A stretch of 63,838 nt of DNA, counting the filler, from Octopus bimaculoides (taxonomy: Eukaryota): NCBI RefSeq assembly GCF_001194135.2. It is 4 parts of 4 records of this genome, joined end to end, with 100 filler letters (N's around TTAATTAATTAA, not from the genome) between each part and the next. Parts side by side here need not be neighbours in the genome. Positions count along the whole stretch, not along the records: positions 22,308 to 36,992 come from NC_068984.1; 3 more parts are not named here. One strand, given 5' to 3'. The notes below the pieces were generated by a model. The model saw only the letters and a program-made list of their open reading frames with translations, was not told the DNA's origin and ran no database searches. Shown piece by piece: positions 24,848-35,459 of the stretch (within the stretch, counting starts at the first letter, position 1; the number at the start of each line of letters is the position of its first letter). The translations under genes were made by a program, and so were the position numbers.

Positions 24848-25279
24848 AGAATTAAAGAATACTTACAGAGTTACCCAGATTTAATGTCTCCGATATATTT
24901 AGAAAAATATTCCCAGTTCATATTTCACACACCTAAAATTTGTAAATTACAGAAACGAATCCCATTTTAACGTCCGTAATTGTTAACAATGGAGGCGGTA
25001 GTGATTATAGAGTTAAACGTAGGGGTTGGTATTTGTGTTGGTACGTTTTACCATCGTCATTTTGCTTCAGTTTCTGTTTTGCTTATGTTTTTTATCACTG
25101 CCAAACAGATAACAAATAAGAACAATAGAAACAATAGCTAAACCGTCACCCCTTACACAGACCCATCTAAAAACACCGATAAAATGGCGAATTGTAAATC
25201 AGCTATAATAGCAAAAAGTAAAGAAGAATTAGCACACACACACACAAACACACACACATACACACACATACACACATAT

Positions 25280-25481
25280 ACATATATACTTATAGATACA
25301 TACACTCACGCACACGCACACATACACACCCACATATAGATTTTTAAAGATAATTATAGATACATACACACACTCACATACACACACATTCACACACACA
25401 TACACAGACGTATATATATATACTTATAGATACATACACACATACGCACGCATGTAAATGTATACATATAATTATAGATAT

Positions 25482-25545
<64 letters not shown>

Positions 25546-25830
25546 ATAGAAACATACACACGCACGCGCGCACACACATAAATGTATATATAAAATTATA
25601 GCAATATCATACGCTCACACATACGTACATACATACATACANNNNNNNNNNNNNNNNNNNNNNNNNNNNNNNNNNNNNNNNNNNNNNNNNNNNNNNNNNN
25701 NNNNNNNNNNNNNNNNNNNNNNNNNNNNNNNNNNNNNNNNNNNNNNNNNNNNNNNNNNNNNNNNNNNNNNNNNNNNNNNNNNNNNNNNNNNNNNNNNNNA
25801 TATATAAATACTTATAGATAGATACACGCA
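25280..25830. repeat. Compound microsatellite with a recurring anchor ttatagatacatacac (higher-order repeat)
   Basis: The anchor recurs about 7 times with alternating tac- and taa- prefixes. Confidence 0.7.
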
Positions 25831-26284
25831 CACACTCACAAATATACGCACATACACAATATCTATGTGTATGTGTGTGTAAGCCAGAGGCGAAATAATG
25901 TTGTTGAGGGTTTGTATATTATAGGCGAGGAATGCGATAGCAATGCGTTGCAGATGGAAGCCATAGCAAGGATCTAAACGAGCTATTGTGGAAGATGGCG
26001 ATGGAATTTCAAGTAAGTTTTATTGTTTTATCGCTGTTCCCATTGTTGGCTTAGTGACTGCATCTGTTATCATTGTCATAGACATCAGAATTCTTCTAAT
26101 TGCCAATTGAAGTTATCTATACCCGCACGACCACCGCTACCGGCACGACCACCGCTACCGGCATCACCATTCCCAAATGCCATCATCGTCGTAGTCCTCG
26201 TGGTTGTCGTCGCCCACCATCATTATTAGCGACAGCGCTGCTGCAAAACTTTCAATCATCAATATTATTGCAATCATTCTTAAG

Positions 26285-26461
26285 GGCGGCGAACTGGCAG
26301 GATCGTTAGCACGCCGGGCGAAATACTTAGCAGTCAACCCCAGTACGCAATTGGTACTTAATTTATCGACACCGAAAGGATTTTGAACTCAGAACACAAA
26401 GACAGACGAAATACTGTTAAGCATTTCGCCCGACGTGCTAACGTTTCTGCCAACTTACCGC
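26285..26461. mobile_element. Inverted SINE-A pair (fold-back): + head 26285-26334 fused to an internally deleted - copy 26335-26461
   Basis: ggcggcgaactggcaggatcgttagcacgccgggcgaaatacttagcagt pairs with actgttaagcatttcgcccgacgtgctaacgtttctgccaacttaccgc. Confidence 0.9.
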
Positions 26462-26474
26462 AAGGAAATATTCT

Positions 26475-26612
26475 TTTCATTACTTTACAGATCCCAAAGT
26501 AATGAAAGGTGGATCTAGATTCGTTGGGGTTTCAATTCTGAACGCTGATCGTGAGGAAGTATACTACAAAAAGTTATATACGATGTCCAAAAGACACTAT
26601 AAATTCGCCGCC
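26475..26612 (-). mobile_element. Highly diverged SINE-A copy
   Basis: gatcccaaagtaatgaaagg...ttcaattctgaacg...aaattcgccgcc. Confidence 0.5.
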
Positions 26613-27221
26613 AAAACTATATCATATGAAGCTGTGTATCGGTAGTATTAACAGAATGTTGAAATAAATGTTTAACAACCTCTTGTTGTAGAACTTGATA
26701 CATTTGTTACCTCAGACTTCAAGTGGTGGTGTTAGAATACAGAATACTGCATTATTTACCTTAAATGGGCCTTTCATAAGGAATCATGGTACATAAAAGT
26801 ACATGTAATTACATAGTAGGCAGAGAAGAATCGTCTGCTACGACCTCTGGAACTGCTAGATTACGTGATTTCAGCCTGCCATGGGTTCTTCAGTGACAGA
26901 TGCACAGCAGCTGCATAATAGCCGAACCACCCGTCAACGATATATAGAATCTGTGTCTGTTCAGGCTCAGGTGTCGTAAATAGCTAGTGGCCTTATTAAA
27001 AATTAATAACAGGTCAAGCAGTATTAACACCAAAAGGTTATCTTGAATAATTTTTTGTTTTAATCTTGGCAAAGTCGGCTTTGACTTCCATCCAAAAGTA
27101 GTCCGATAAATTAAAATTTTAGCAAGCTACCCATTTCAATGCAATTATTAATGTACCTGCTCATTATAACATTTTCCCACGCAATATATAACCAGTTAAA
27201 GTGCTACAGGTGATATTAGAT

Positions 27222-27414
27222 CTAAATGTTGGTACAAGGCCGGGAAAGTCGAGGGAGAAGCAAGTCGATTACTTCAACTAGTACTTATTTTATCGACCCT
27301 GATGCATGAAAAGGGAAGTTAACCGCAGCAGCATTAGAACTCAGGACGTAAACACGAACCTAACGTCGCTAAGCATTTTGCCTCCCGTACTTAACAATTC
27401 TGCCACCTTGCCGC
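27222..27414 (-). mobile_element. SINE-A, tail type 1
   Basis: aagtcgattacttcaactagtacttattttatcgaccc...gaactcaggacgtaaac...ttctgccaccttgccgc. Confidence 0.8.
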
Positions 27415-27458
27415 GTTAAGGCTAAAAGTATTGTTAGACGTGTAATGACCACGGCCTG

Positions 27459-27672
27459 TGGAGGTGCGTGGATTAGTAGTTAGGGGCTTTGGACTCATGA
27501 TCGAAAGATTGTGGTTTCAATTCCTGGACCGGCGATACGTTGTGTTCTTAAGCAAAGCACTTCATTGCACATTACTCCAGTCCATTCAGGTGGTAAAACA
27601 TGAGTTATCTTGCAACGGACGTGTATCCCGTACAGCGGGGAATATATACGCCAGAGAAATCTGAAAACCGGC
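27459..27672 (+). mobile_element. SINE-C
   Basis: ggaggtgcgtggattagtagttagggg (A-box-like), gtggtttcaattcctgg (B-box-like), ttgtgttcttaagcaaagcacttcattgcac. Confidence 0.75.
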
Positions 27673-28317
27673 GGCGGTGGTGGTAGTGGTGGTGGTGGTG
27701 GCGGTGTTGTAGTCGGTGGTGCAGTGCATCGATTACGTAGGAGATAACAGTGCTGAATCTGATTATTGTAGCTAACGTAACACTGGCAGTTATAACTGGT
27801 GATTGGCTTGTAACTTTAAATGTGTTATAGATAGAAAGAGTGTGTCGATGACTGGAATTTATTGGAAAGAAGAAAAAAATTAACTTCAAGTGTTCATAGT
27901 TTCCAATTTTAATGTGAAAGATAAGTAACTTGCAGATTAAAATGTCGTCTATAAAAGTACCAAATATAATACTGTTTTATTATTGAAAACGTTCAATGAT
28001 ATAGCTCGGATAATGCAATGTCTCTATTTGCCTGAGGGAATGAATTTCCAATTCATACGCAATGAGATTATTTACAAATACTCCTCCTTTATAAGTCTCC
28101 GAGAGTAATTGACTGTTAATAGTTAAATGCGACTCAGACTGATGTAAACAATGTTAACTCCGCCGGGATTTGAAATGGGGGAATTAAAGAAACGCAGCTC
28201 TAAGTAGTGCAAAGGCGTTCGACAGATTCTGCCAAGCTTCGGCTTATAAAAATATTTCGCATTTCAACTAGACTGTACAATGCTGTTTGCAAGATAAGCA
28301 CGAAAGAAGTAATAATG

Positions 28318-28338
28318 ATGAGGAGGAGGATAATAATG

Positions 28339-28389
<51 letters not shown>

Positions 28390-28399
28390 NNNNNNNNNN

Positions 28400-28461
<62 letters not shown>

Positions 28462-28685
28462 GAGGAGAGGGAGCAGGTGGAGCAGGAGGAGGAGCAGGGA
28501 TGGAGAGACAGAAACATAATTGTCAGCATTTTGCTCTCGTTTCTAGGCAATATATCATAGCGAATCACGACGAGTCACAGTATGACGTCCATCTTGCCGT
28601 TGCATCAAGTCTCTGGGGGAGGTTTGCTGTCGAAAAGCTCGTGTAAACAAAGCAACTAGGACGAAAATAATAATGACGATGATGG

Positions 28686-28756
<71 letters not shown>

Positions 28757-28788
28757 GTAATAGTAATAAGGGTAAAAATAATAATGAT

Positions 28789-28847
<59 letters not shown>
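28318..28847. repeat. (AAT)n, (GATA)n, (GAT)n and (AAT)n tracts flanking a short unique island (28480-28660)
   Basis: Directly visible. Confidence 0.9.
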
Positions 28848-28849
<2 letters not shown>

Positions 28850-29057
28850 TAAGGCCAATAGGCCGGATGTATCAGGTAATCCCATAAGATCGCTTCGATT
28901 TTACCTCTTTTTTTTAAATTGAATGAAATTTAATAGTATTTTAGAATTCTAATGGAATTAAAAATTATTTTCATGCATTTATGTACATTTAAACTAATTA
29001 AATATTATTTTACAAAATAATAGAATTAAAATTTCTTCGATTAAATCCTTTTCTAAC

Positions 29058-29515
29058 ATGGAAATATCCAAAGAGCATTTGAGGCACATAAAACTTTACA
29101 AGTAGAAAAAAGAAAACTCTACAGCCGAAGCGACTCGAAACATACACTCAGTTTATGGGAAAGAATGCTTGAATGATTTTGCAGAAGATGGTTTGCAACA
29201 TTCAGAAGTGGGGATTTCAGCCTTGAAGATGAAGATCGAACAAGACGTTCAGTTGAGTTTGATGATAAGCATTGCTTGAAGAAAATCCTGCATTATCAGT
29301 TGAAGAATAAGCAATAAAGCTTAGTTCAAACCATATAACTGTTTATCGTCATCTACAACAACTTGGAAAGTTTCCTAAACTTGGAATATGGGTGCCTCAT
29401 GAATTGCCCGAAAGCAACCGCAAATTCCGAGTTGACATCTGCTCTTCTCTCCATTCTCGCGAACTCATTTCACCATTTTTGGATAGACTTGTGTCTGGTG
29501 ACGAAAAATGGATGA
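29058..29515 (+). mobile_element. Mariner transposase 5' relic (HTH to first catalytic Asp)
   Basis: MEISKEHLRHI...AEATRNIHSVYG...RRWFATFRSGDFSLEDEDR...LGIWVPHEL...PFLDRLVSGDEKW contains the WVPHEL and (T/S)GDEKW mariner motifs. A possible left TIR starts after TA at 28870 (tcaggtaatcccataag); no right TIR was found. Confidence 0.92.
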
Positions 29516-29653
29516 TAACAATAATAATTTTTTTTTTATTACCCATAGCGGTATAGAATGACGGGAAATACCTCACTTGGTAGGAAATGTATAGTAAGAA
29601 AACCCAGACCAGCACAAGAGCTTGCTAAGACCAAAGGGAAAATAAATCACCTG

Positions 29654-29690
<37 letters not shown>

Positions 29691-29764
29691 ATATGGTATT
29701 ATATCATATTATATTATATTATATTATATTATATTATATTATATTATATCTTATTATATTATAT

Positions 29765-30940
29765 GGATGACTTTAGGGTGAATAATTGTACGGTTATCAT
29801 TATAGAAGGGTGAATGGATAAAATTTGATGGTATATTGGTTACCACAAAATGATATTATTAGATCACTGAAGGATAACGAGAAATACAATACCTAGTAAT
29901 GATGATGCAGGATAAAATAATGGAAAGACAAATGAGAGAGAAAGTTTTCAAACAATATGAGAGAAGGATTAATAAAGTGCTCAGTAAAAAGACTAGCTGG
30001 GGTTAAAGTCATCGAGTTAATCAATATGAGGATCGTACCAGTGGTGAGCTATTCTGCCCCTACTTTGAAATGGACAAAGACAGATCTACACGGTTTAGAT
30101 AGAAGAAGGAAGTTACTTACTATGCATAACCTATACCACCCTTAAAGTTATATTGACTAATTCTTATTTCTTTATTACCCACACGGGGTTAAATATAGAG
30201 GGGACAAACAAGGACAGACAAAGGGGTTAAGTCGATTACATCGACCCCAGTGCGTAAATGGTACTTAATTTATCGACCCCGAAAGGATGAAAGGCAAAGT
30301 CGACCTCGGCGGAATTTGAACTCAGAAATAATGGCAGACGAAATACCGAGAAGCATTTCACCCGGCATGCTAACGTTTCTGCCAGCTCGCCGCCTTTTTT
30401 TTTATCCTCCCTTTCCGGCGTGCTAACGCTTCTAATTTCTTTTGAGTGATTCTATTTACCAGGAAGTGAAGGAGGTAGAAATTTGCTAAATGCATAAAAT
30501 ACCATCAGTGTTACGTGTTGGGTTTTTAATATTTATGTTATGCTTTGTAAGAGAAGGCTATTACCTGCGGTTAGAAATACCGAAGCAATAACTGAAACAG
30601 TGAAAGAATTTAAGAGTAGAGAAAATGTAACTGGACAAATAGCTGGAAACACAAGTGTACAGCCAACCTGTAGTAGAAAACGAAGATGTTGAAAGTGAAG
30701 TCTGCTGTAGTGGTTGACAAATGGTAAACGGAAACAGAAATCTGAATCACTAATTATAGCCGTTCATTAGCAAGTCATTAGAAAGAATTTTATAAAGTCA
30801 AGAATCGATGAAACCGATAGAGCGATTACAAGATGTGTGAGAAAGGGGACGAAAGTATTAACCATTTTTGCAGTGATTACAGTAAACTAGAAACAACAGC
30901 AAAAAAAATGGATGTAAATGTCGACATAACCACGATCAGT
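29765..30940 (+). mobile_element. Dong/R4-clade LINE fragment (RT end to CCHC finger), interrupted by SINE-A
   Basis: IRSLKDNEKY...PVVSYSAPTLKWTKTDLHGLDRRRKLLTMHNLYHP*SYID, then (after the SINE) FYLPGSEGGRNL, then SESLIIAVH*QVIRKNFIKSRID...GDESINH...HNHDQ. These parallel the R4/Dong motifs HPKSDIDRLYLPRKEGGRGL and ETESLIIAAQDQ. Confidence 0.85.
30161..30394 (-). mobile_element. SINE-A, full length and well preserved, tail type 2
   Basis: The reverse complement reads ggcggcgagctggcagaaacgttagcatgccggg...core...cccctttgtctgtccttgtttgtccctc...gggtaataaagaaataagaa. Confidence 0.95.
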
Positions 30941-31633
30941 AAAAGGCTGCATCGGTTAACACTAGAGCTGCCAACAACCTATCTTTCATGGGCATGAGAA
31001 TGACCCCTGTGGTTTTCGAGATACAAATTTTATATTTATTTTGTCAGGAATTCTATAAAGGACCTCGGTAGGTAGGTGCCTTCCTTTGTCACATAACGCT
31101 ACCAGGAAGACATATTTCTCTAGTGGGTAATTCATGCCTAGAGTTGTTTATTGGAAATTGCATAAACTAAAAGAAGTTGTTGTGGTCTTCTTTACAACCG
31201 AAATCAATTTCTTCACTAATGTTCTTTTCTTTTTCTCGTTTGCTGCTGGTAGAATTATTATTCGTATTAAATTCTTTGAAAGGATTTTGATATTTCCTGC
31301 AAAAATTTGCTCTTTCTTTTTTCCTCTGCGATGTAACTCGATCTCTTTTACTTTTTGTTCTTCTTTCAGTTTGCTGTCTCTAAAAATTGATTTGTTTTGG
31401 TTCATGTTTTGGTGGGCGTTTCTGCATCGCGTAGACAGGTTGTCAATTTACGAGAGAAACTAGAGTTTTATTCGCAAATCAATTCTTTTTTATCCAACTG
31501 GGAGAAAATACGAAGAACGCTTCTCATAGTAACGGTCCACATAACGAATATTCTTCGCACATAGTTTTGCCATGTATAAATTCACAACACTGATAGTGAA
31601 GCAAAGTACATCAGACCACAAGAAACACAAGGG

Positions 31634-31698
<65 letters not shown>

Positions 31699-31924
31699 CT
31701 CTTTTACTCTTTTACTGGTTTCAGTCATTTGACTGTGGCCATGCTGGAGCACCGCCTTTAGTCGAGCAAATCGACCACAGGACTCATTCTTTGTAAGCCT
31801 AGTACTTATTCTATCGGTCTCTTTTGTTGAACCGCTAAGTTAAGTCCTGGGGTCAATTTCCACGACTAAAGGCGGTGCTCCAGCATGGCCGGAGTCAAAT
31901 GACTGAAACCAGTAAAAGAGTAAA
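31699..31924. mobile_element. SINE-B 3'-end fold-back: - arm 31699-31840 fused to + arm 31841-31924
   Basis: ttactggtttcagtcatttgactgtggccatgctggagcaccgcctttagtcg pairs with cgactaaaggcggtgctccagcatggccggagtcaaatgactgaaaccagtaa. Confidence 0.93.
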
Positions 31925-32118
31925 TATATGTGGAACCTACATTATGTGCAATTTTTATAAAGAACACTTACTTGAAGTGTTCTATTTATCTATATTTTTG
32001 GTGTTTATAATTAACTTCACTACATTTGTCTGTATTACTATATAAAGCCATCACCTTTAGTCATACCAACCGACAACGATGTATTTCGCTGAATCGACTT
32101 AAATCATGTAAAAATATA

Positions 32119-32329
32119 CTCTTTTACTCATTTACTTGTTTCAGCCATTTGACTGCGGCCATGCTGGAGCACCGCCTTTAGTCGAGCAAATCGACCCCAG
32201 GACTTATTCTTTGGAAGCCTAGTATTTATTCTATCGGTCTCTCTTTTGCTGAACCCCTAAGTTAAGGGGACGTAAACACACCAGCATCGGTTGTCAAGCG
32301 ATGTTGGGCGGACAAACACAGACACACAA

Positions 32330-32378
<49 letters not shown>

Positions 32379-32544
32379 TACATATATACGACGGGCTTCT
32401 TTCAGTTTCCGTCTACCAAATCCACTCACAAGGTTTTGGTCGGCCCGAGGCTATAGTAGAAGACACTTGCCCAAGGTGCCACGCAGCGGGACTAAACCCG
32501 GAACCATGTGGTTGGTAAGCAAGCTACTTACCACACAGCCACTC
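32119..32544 (-). mobile_element. SINE-B, essentially full length, with internal (TA)n(TG)n and an (aagagt)-like tail
   Basis: Head, CORE-like gcgtggcaccttgggcaagtgtctt segment, internal microsatellite and 3' module all present. Confidence 0.95.
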
Positions 32545-33112
32545 GTGGATTTCTTTCATTAGTTTGCTATAAAACTAGATATGTTCTAACGTACTTTATA
32601 TACCTCGACGAAGAAGTTGAAACAAGTGATCTTCCTTAAGTTATTCCCCCTTGCTTGTGGTTTTTCGATTGGGAGAACATTTGAAGGGAGTTTTAATCAA
32701 ATAATTATTTGGACCATATCACTTGCCCGAAGTTTTACATTATTTCATAGACCTTAATTTATAATTTATAGTTAATTATTTAATTATTCATTTCATGTCG
32801 TTTGAAACACACCGGCTCTCATTTAATTCATTTGTTTATTATTTATTTTCGGTTATTTCTTGTGTTCATTTTATTTTTCATGTCATTAAAAGAGAATAAA
32901 AGCTTGCAGCAATTTTTTTTCCTTTTTATTTGATTTAACAGCACTGTTCATAATTCATGAGAAACATGGAGAATTTAACAAAACGTTCAGAATAAAAAAA
33001 GACCAACAAACAGAAACGCTACAATTGATACCATTTCAAACAGTAGTTACTCTCCTTTTATTCACACCCACCCATCCACTTGCACACACACACGTACGCA
33101 CGTATACATACA

Positions 33113-33148
<36 letters not shown>

Positions 33149-33192
33149 TACATACATACGCACACACGTTAACGGCTCATGATTCGCTATAT

Positions 33193-33595
33193 TCTCTTTC
33201 TCTTTTACTCTTTTACTTGTTTCAGTAATTTGACTACAGTCATGCTGGAGCACCGCCTTTAGTCGAGCAAATCGACCCCAGAACTTATTCTTTGTAAGCC
33301 TAGTATTTATTCTATCGGTCTCTTTAGCCAAACCGCTATGTGACGGGGGCGTAAACACACTAACATCGATTGTCAAGCGATGTTGGGGAGACAAACACAG
33401 ACACACAAACATATACACACACATACATATATATGTATATATATATATATATATATATACGACGGGCTTCTTTCAGTTTCCATGTACCAAATCCACTCAC
33501 AAGGCATTGGTCGGCCCGAGGCTATAGTAGAAGACACTTGCCAAACGTGTCACGCAGTGGGAATGAACCCGGAACCATGTGGTTGGTAGGCAAGC
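33193..33595 (-). mobile_element. SINE-B lacking the extreme 5' end
   Basis: Aligns to 32119-32520 throughout. Confidence 0.95.
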
Positions 33596-33935
33596 GGTAT
33601 TCAGTCTGTCTTTACATCTTGAGTTCAAATTCCACCGAAATCGACTTTGCCTTTTATCCTTTCGGGTTGTCGATAAATTAAGTACCAGTTACGCACTGGG
33701 GTCGATCTAATCGACTTAATCCCTTTGTTTGTCCCCACTATGTTTTGTGGGCGAAATACATAATGGTATTTAGTCTGTCTTTACGTTTTGAGTTCAAATT
33801 CCACCGAGGTTGACTTTGCTTTTTATCCTTTCGGGGGTCGGTAGATTAAGGACCAGTTGCGTACTGGGGTCGATCTAATCGACTGCTCCCCCCACCCAGA
33901 ATTTCGAGCCTTTGCCTAGAGTAGAAAAGAATATT
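33593..33935 (+). mobile_element. Two tandem 5'-truncated SINE-A copies (33593-33758, tail type 2; 33765-33935, tail type 3)
   Basis: Both begin at ggtatt(t)cagtctgtctttac...gagttcaaattccaccga and contain the full core. Confidence 0.92.
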
Positions 33936-35404
33936 TGCCCCATCCCAACAGGCAACGTGCAACTGACGAAATCCTTCCACACCTGTTCGCCCTGACATTC
34001 TCGCTTTCCAAACTAGTGTGACACTGATGGTCCCTAACACCTCTGAATAGCATCGAAATACATTATAATCTTTATGGGGTCCTTATCGCGTATACTTCCA
34101 AAGATTATCATAAGCATCTTGACTATTTTAAATGAAAGAATAAAAAATTCAACCTCCCTAAGAATTTTCTATGAATTTCTCCGGAAATCAAGAATTAAAC
34201 ATATAAATGTTTTGCAATAACTAGGAAAATTGTCCCCAAAGCTATTCTACTCTTTTTTACATCTTGCAGATTTGACGACTGTACGTAACTGAGAAGTTTC
34301 AGATGCTGAAATCGCCAGCACTATTTCTCAATACCACATCAAATATATTATCTAGAAGTTAACACTGGACGACTTCTTTCAGGAAAAATTTCGAGACGTC
34401 TGTACATCTCAGTCGAAAAAAGAAAATCGTAGACAACAGGAAATCTATGTATTGCATGGGGGATAAAATTATAGCTGTGAAATGAAACGTGTGGTGATAA
34501 ATAATTCAATATTATCAATGATACTTGGTAACGTTGAGGCGTCAAATTCGTCGATATAATCGAAAACGTGATGAAAGGAATTTCACACAGCCTATTATCA
34601 ACTGAATGTTATTCATTAGACTTCTTATAATTTAACTCGTTACCGGCCTGTCTTTTTCAGATTGAAACAGTAAATATTTAATAGACTGCCTGGTGTAAAT
34701 CTATTTACTGTTTTGATTTCGTTTTCTATTTTCACTTTCCGATTGTTTTTAAACTGTTTATTTCATTATATTGTCTCTATTTCTTATTTCATTGCGTGTT
34801 GTTTCTTTCTCACCAGCTGCAAATGTTTGGTCGAGAACTTTGAAAAGCAGAATTTATAATTCTAGCAAACAAATATCTTATTTTACTTTTTGCAATATCT
34901 TTTTTTTTTATTTTATTGTTTACCTTTTAACAATCTGTATAACTAATTTAACTGTAATTTTCTCCCTGTGGAATCAGCAACAGTTCTTGTCTGAAGGCTC
35001 TGTAATTTCAATGCTAGTTGTATGGCTTCGTGAGATTAGTTATTATAATTGAAATAAAATCTAAACAAAAAAAAAATACTGATAAACTTCCGTTTTTTAG
35101 TTTTATATTTAAGTAAAAATAGCAGTAAATGAACCTCGGAAAATCTCAGTATCTTTTTTTTATTTTCTCATACAAATTTAATTCTATTTTTTCTTTCCTC
35201 GTGAATTAGTCATTGCAAATCGAGTCACATTTAACAAATAACAGACACATAATACTGAGAAAAATATAAAGGTAGAAGTATTTGTAAATAATGTCATTGT
35301 ATATGAAATGGAAATTAATTCCTCGAGGCAATAGAGACATTATCCGAAATATATCAGTGAACGTCTTCAACAATAAAATATTAATATTATATTTGATAAT
35401 TTTA

Positions 35405-35459
35405 TAGACGCCATTTTAATCTGAAAGTTACTTATCTTTCAGATTAAAAATGAAGTCTA
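35405..35459. other. 55-nt stem-loop
   Basis: ttttaatctgaaag (35414-27) and ctttcagattaaaa (35436-49) pair perfectly, extended by tagac/gtcta. Confidence 0.85.

Noticed and set aside
25280-25830. CRISPR-like repeat-spacer appearance
   Set aside because: Eukaryotic context, spacers are microsatellite runs, anchors are degenerate, and there are no cas genes.
25938-26018. Candidate exon (DGSHSKDLNELLWKMAMEFQ) before caa|GTAAGT
   Set aside because: No polypyrimidine acceptor, an in-frame stop just upstream, and no recognisable homology.
31134-31463. 109-aa (+) and 85-aa (-) ORFs
   Set aside because: Phe-rich and Lys-rich translations of a T-rich tract with no motif support.
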